From the NCBI GenBank assembly GCA_032718475.1, contig JAUCBJ010007827.1, positions 1 through 37,543 of the forward strand: DNA of 37,543 nucleotides, written 5' to 3'. Both the position numbers and the translations under genes were made by a program. This DNA is from Nemertoderma westbladi (Eukaryota > Animalia > Xenacoelomorpha). The notes under the pieces were generated by a model, which was given only the letters and a program-made list of their open reading frames with translations, was not told the origin of the DNA and did no database searches. Position 1 is the stretch's first letter; each line of letters starts with the position of its first letter. Of this stretch, positions 36,401 to 37,543 are shown in pieces.

Positions 36401-37543
36401 CTGGACGTCAGGCAGTGAACTGGGCTGGCCGTCAGCAGTGAACTGGCTGGCCGTCAGGCAGTGAACTGGGCTGGACGTCAGGCAGTGAACTGGGCTGGAC
36501 GTCAGGCAGTGAACTGGGCTGGACGTCAGGCAGTGAACTGGGCTGGACGTCAGGCAGTGAACTGGGCTGGACGTCAGGCAGTGAACTGGGCTGGACGTCA
36601 GGCAGTGAACTGGGCTGGACGTCAGGCAGTGAACTGGGCTGGACGTCAGGCAGTGACCTGGGCTGGACCTCAGGCAGTGAACTGGGCTGGACGTCAGTTA
36701 GTGAACTGGGCTGGACGTCAGGCAGTGAACTGGGCTGGACGTCAGGCAGTGAACTGGGCTGGACGTCAGGCAGTGAACTGGGCTGGACGTCAGGCAGTGA
36801 ACTGGGCTGGACGTCAGGCAGTGAACTGGGCTGGACGTCAGGCAGTGAACTGGGCTGGACGTCAGGCAGTGAACTGGGCTGGACGTCAGGCAGTGAACTG
36901 GGCTGGACGTCAGGCAGTGAACTGGGCTGGACGTCAGGCAGTGAACTGAGCTGGACGTCAGGCAGTGAACTGGGCTGGACGTCAGGCAGTGAACTGGGCT
37001 GGACGTCCGGCAGTGAACTGGGCTGGACGTCAGGCAGTGAACTGGGCTGGACGTCAGGCAGTGAACTGGGCTGGACGTCAGGCAGTGAACTGGGTGGACG
37101 TCAGGCAGTGAACTGGGCTAGGACGTCAGGCAGTGAACTGGTCGACGGCAGCTGACTGGGCTGGACGTCAGGCAGTGAACTGGCTGGACGTCAGGCAGTG
37201 AACTGGGCTGGACGTCAGGCAGTGAACTGGGCTGGACGTCAGGCAGTGAACTGGGTCTGGACGTCAGGCAGTGAACTGGGTCTGGACGTCAGGCAGTGAA
37301 CTGGGCTGGACGTCAGGCAGTGAACTGGTACTGGTCGTCAGGCAGTGAACTGGGCTGGACGTCAGGCAGTGAACTGGGCTGGACGTCAGGCAGTGAACTG
37401 GGCTGGACGTCAGGCAGTGACTGGGCTGGACGTCAGGCCAGTGAACTGGGCTGGACGTCAGGCAGTGAACTGGGTCTGGACGTCCAGGCAGTGAACTGGG
37501 TGGACGTCGGCAGTGAACTGGGCTGGACGTCAGGCAGTGAACT
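33483..37543. repeat. 24-bp GC-rich satellite, ~170 units, running off the window end
   Basis: Unit GCAGTGAACTGGGCTGGACGTCAG. Confidence 0.97.

Noticed and set aside
33482-36949. ORFs with AVNWAGRQ / PDVQPSSL repeats
   Set aside because: Artefacts of a 24-bp satellite that is open in several frames.

Overview
This is repeat-dense eukaryotic (probably invertebrate animal) DNA with no prokaryotic features. Bases 1-17.2 kb hold two diverged, inverted copies of an LTR-retrotransposon 3' module: an unknown ~600-aa ORF, a basic ~135-aa ORF, a polypurine tract (PPT) and a ~1 kb LTR. The right copy follows an internally deleted BEL/Pao gag-integrase region, and a solo LTR lies further right. The two extra ORFs do not look like env. 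They appear joined by a conserved T_TTA_AAG -1 slippery site, which is the best novel-system candidate here. At 19.6-24.5 kb a tRNA-derived Nin/Deu-type SINE has one internal 36-bp segment amplified about 80-fold into a satellite, itself interrupted by a foldback element. At 25-31 kb are two phase-compatible exons of an unknown gene, two tail-to-tail RTE LINE fragments, and a Mutator-like element with a 9-bp target-site duplication (TSD) carrying a 68-bp satellite. A 24-bp satellite runs from 33.5 kb to the end. All calls come from reading the sequence by eye; no searches were run.
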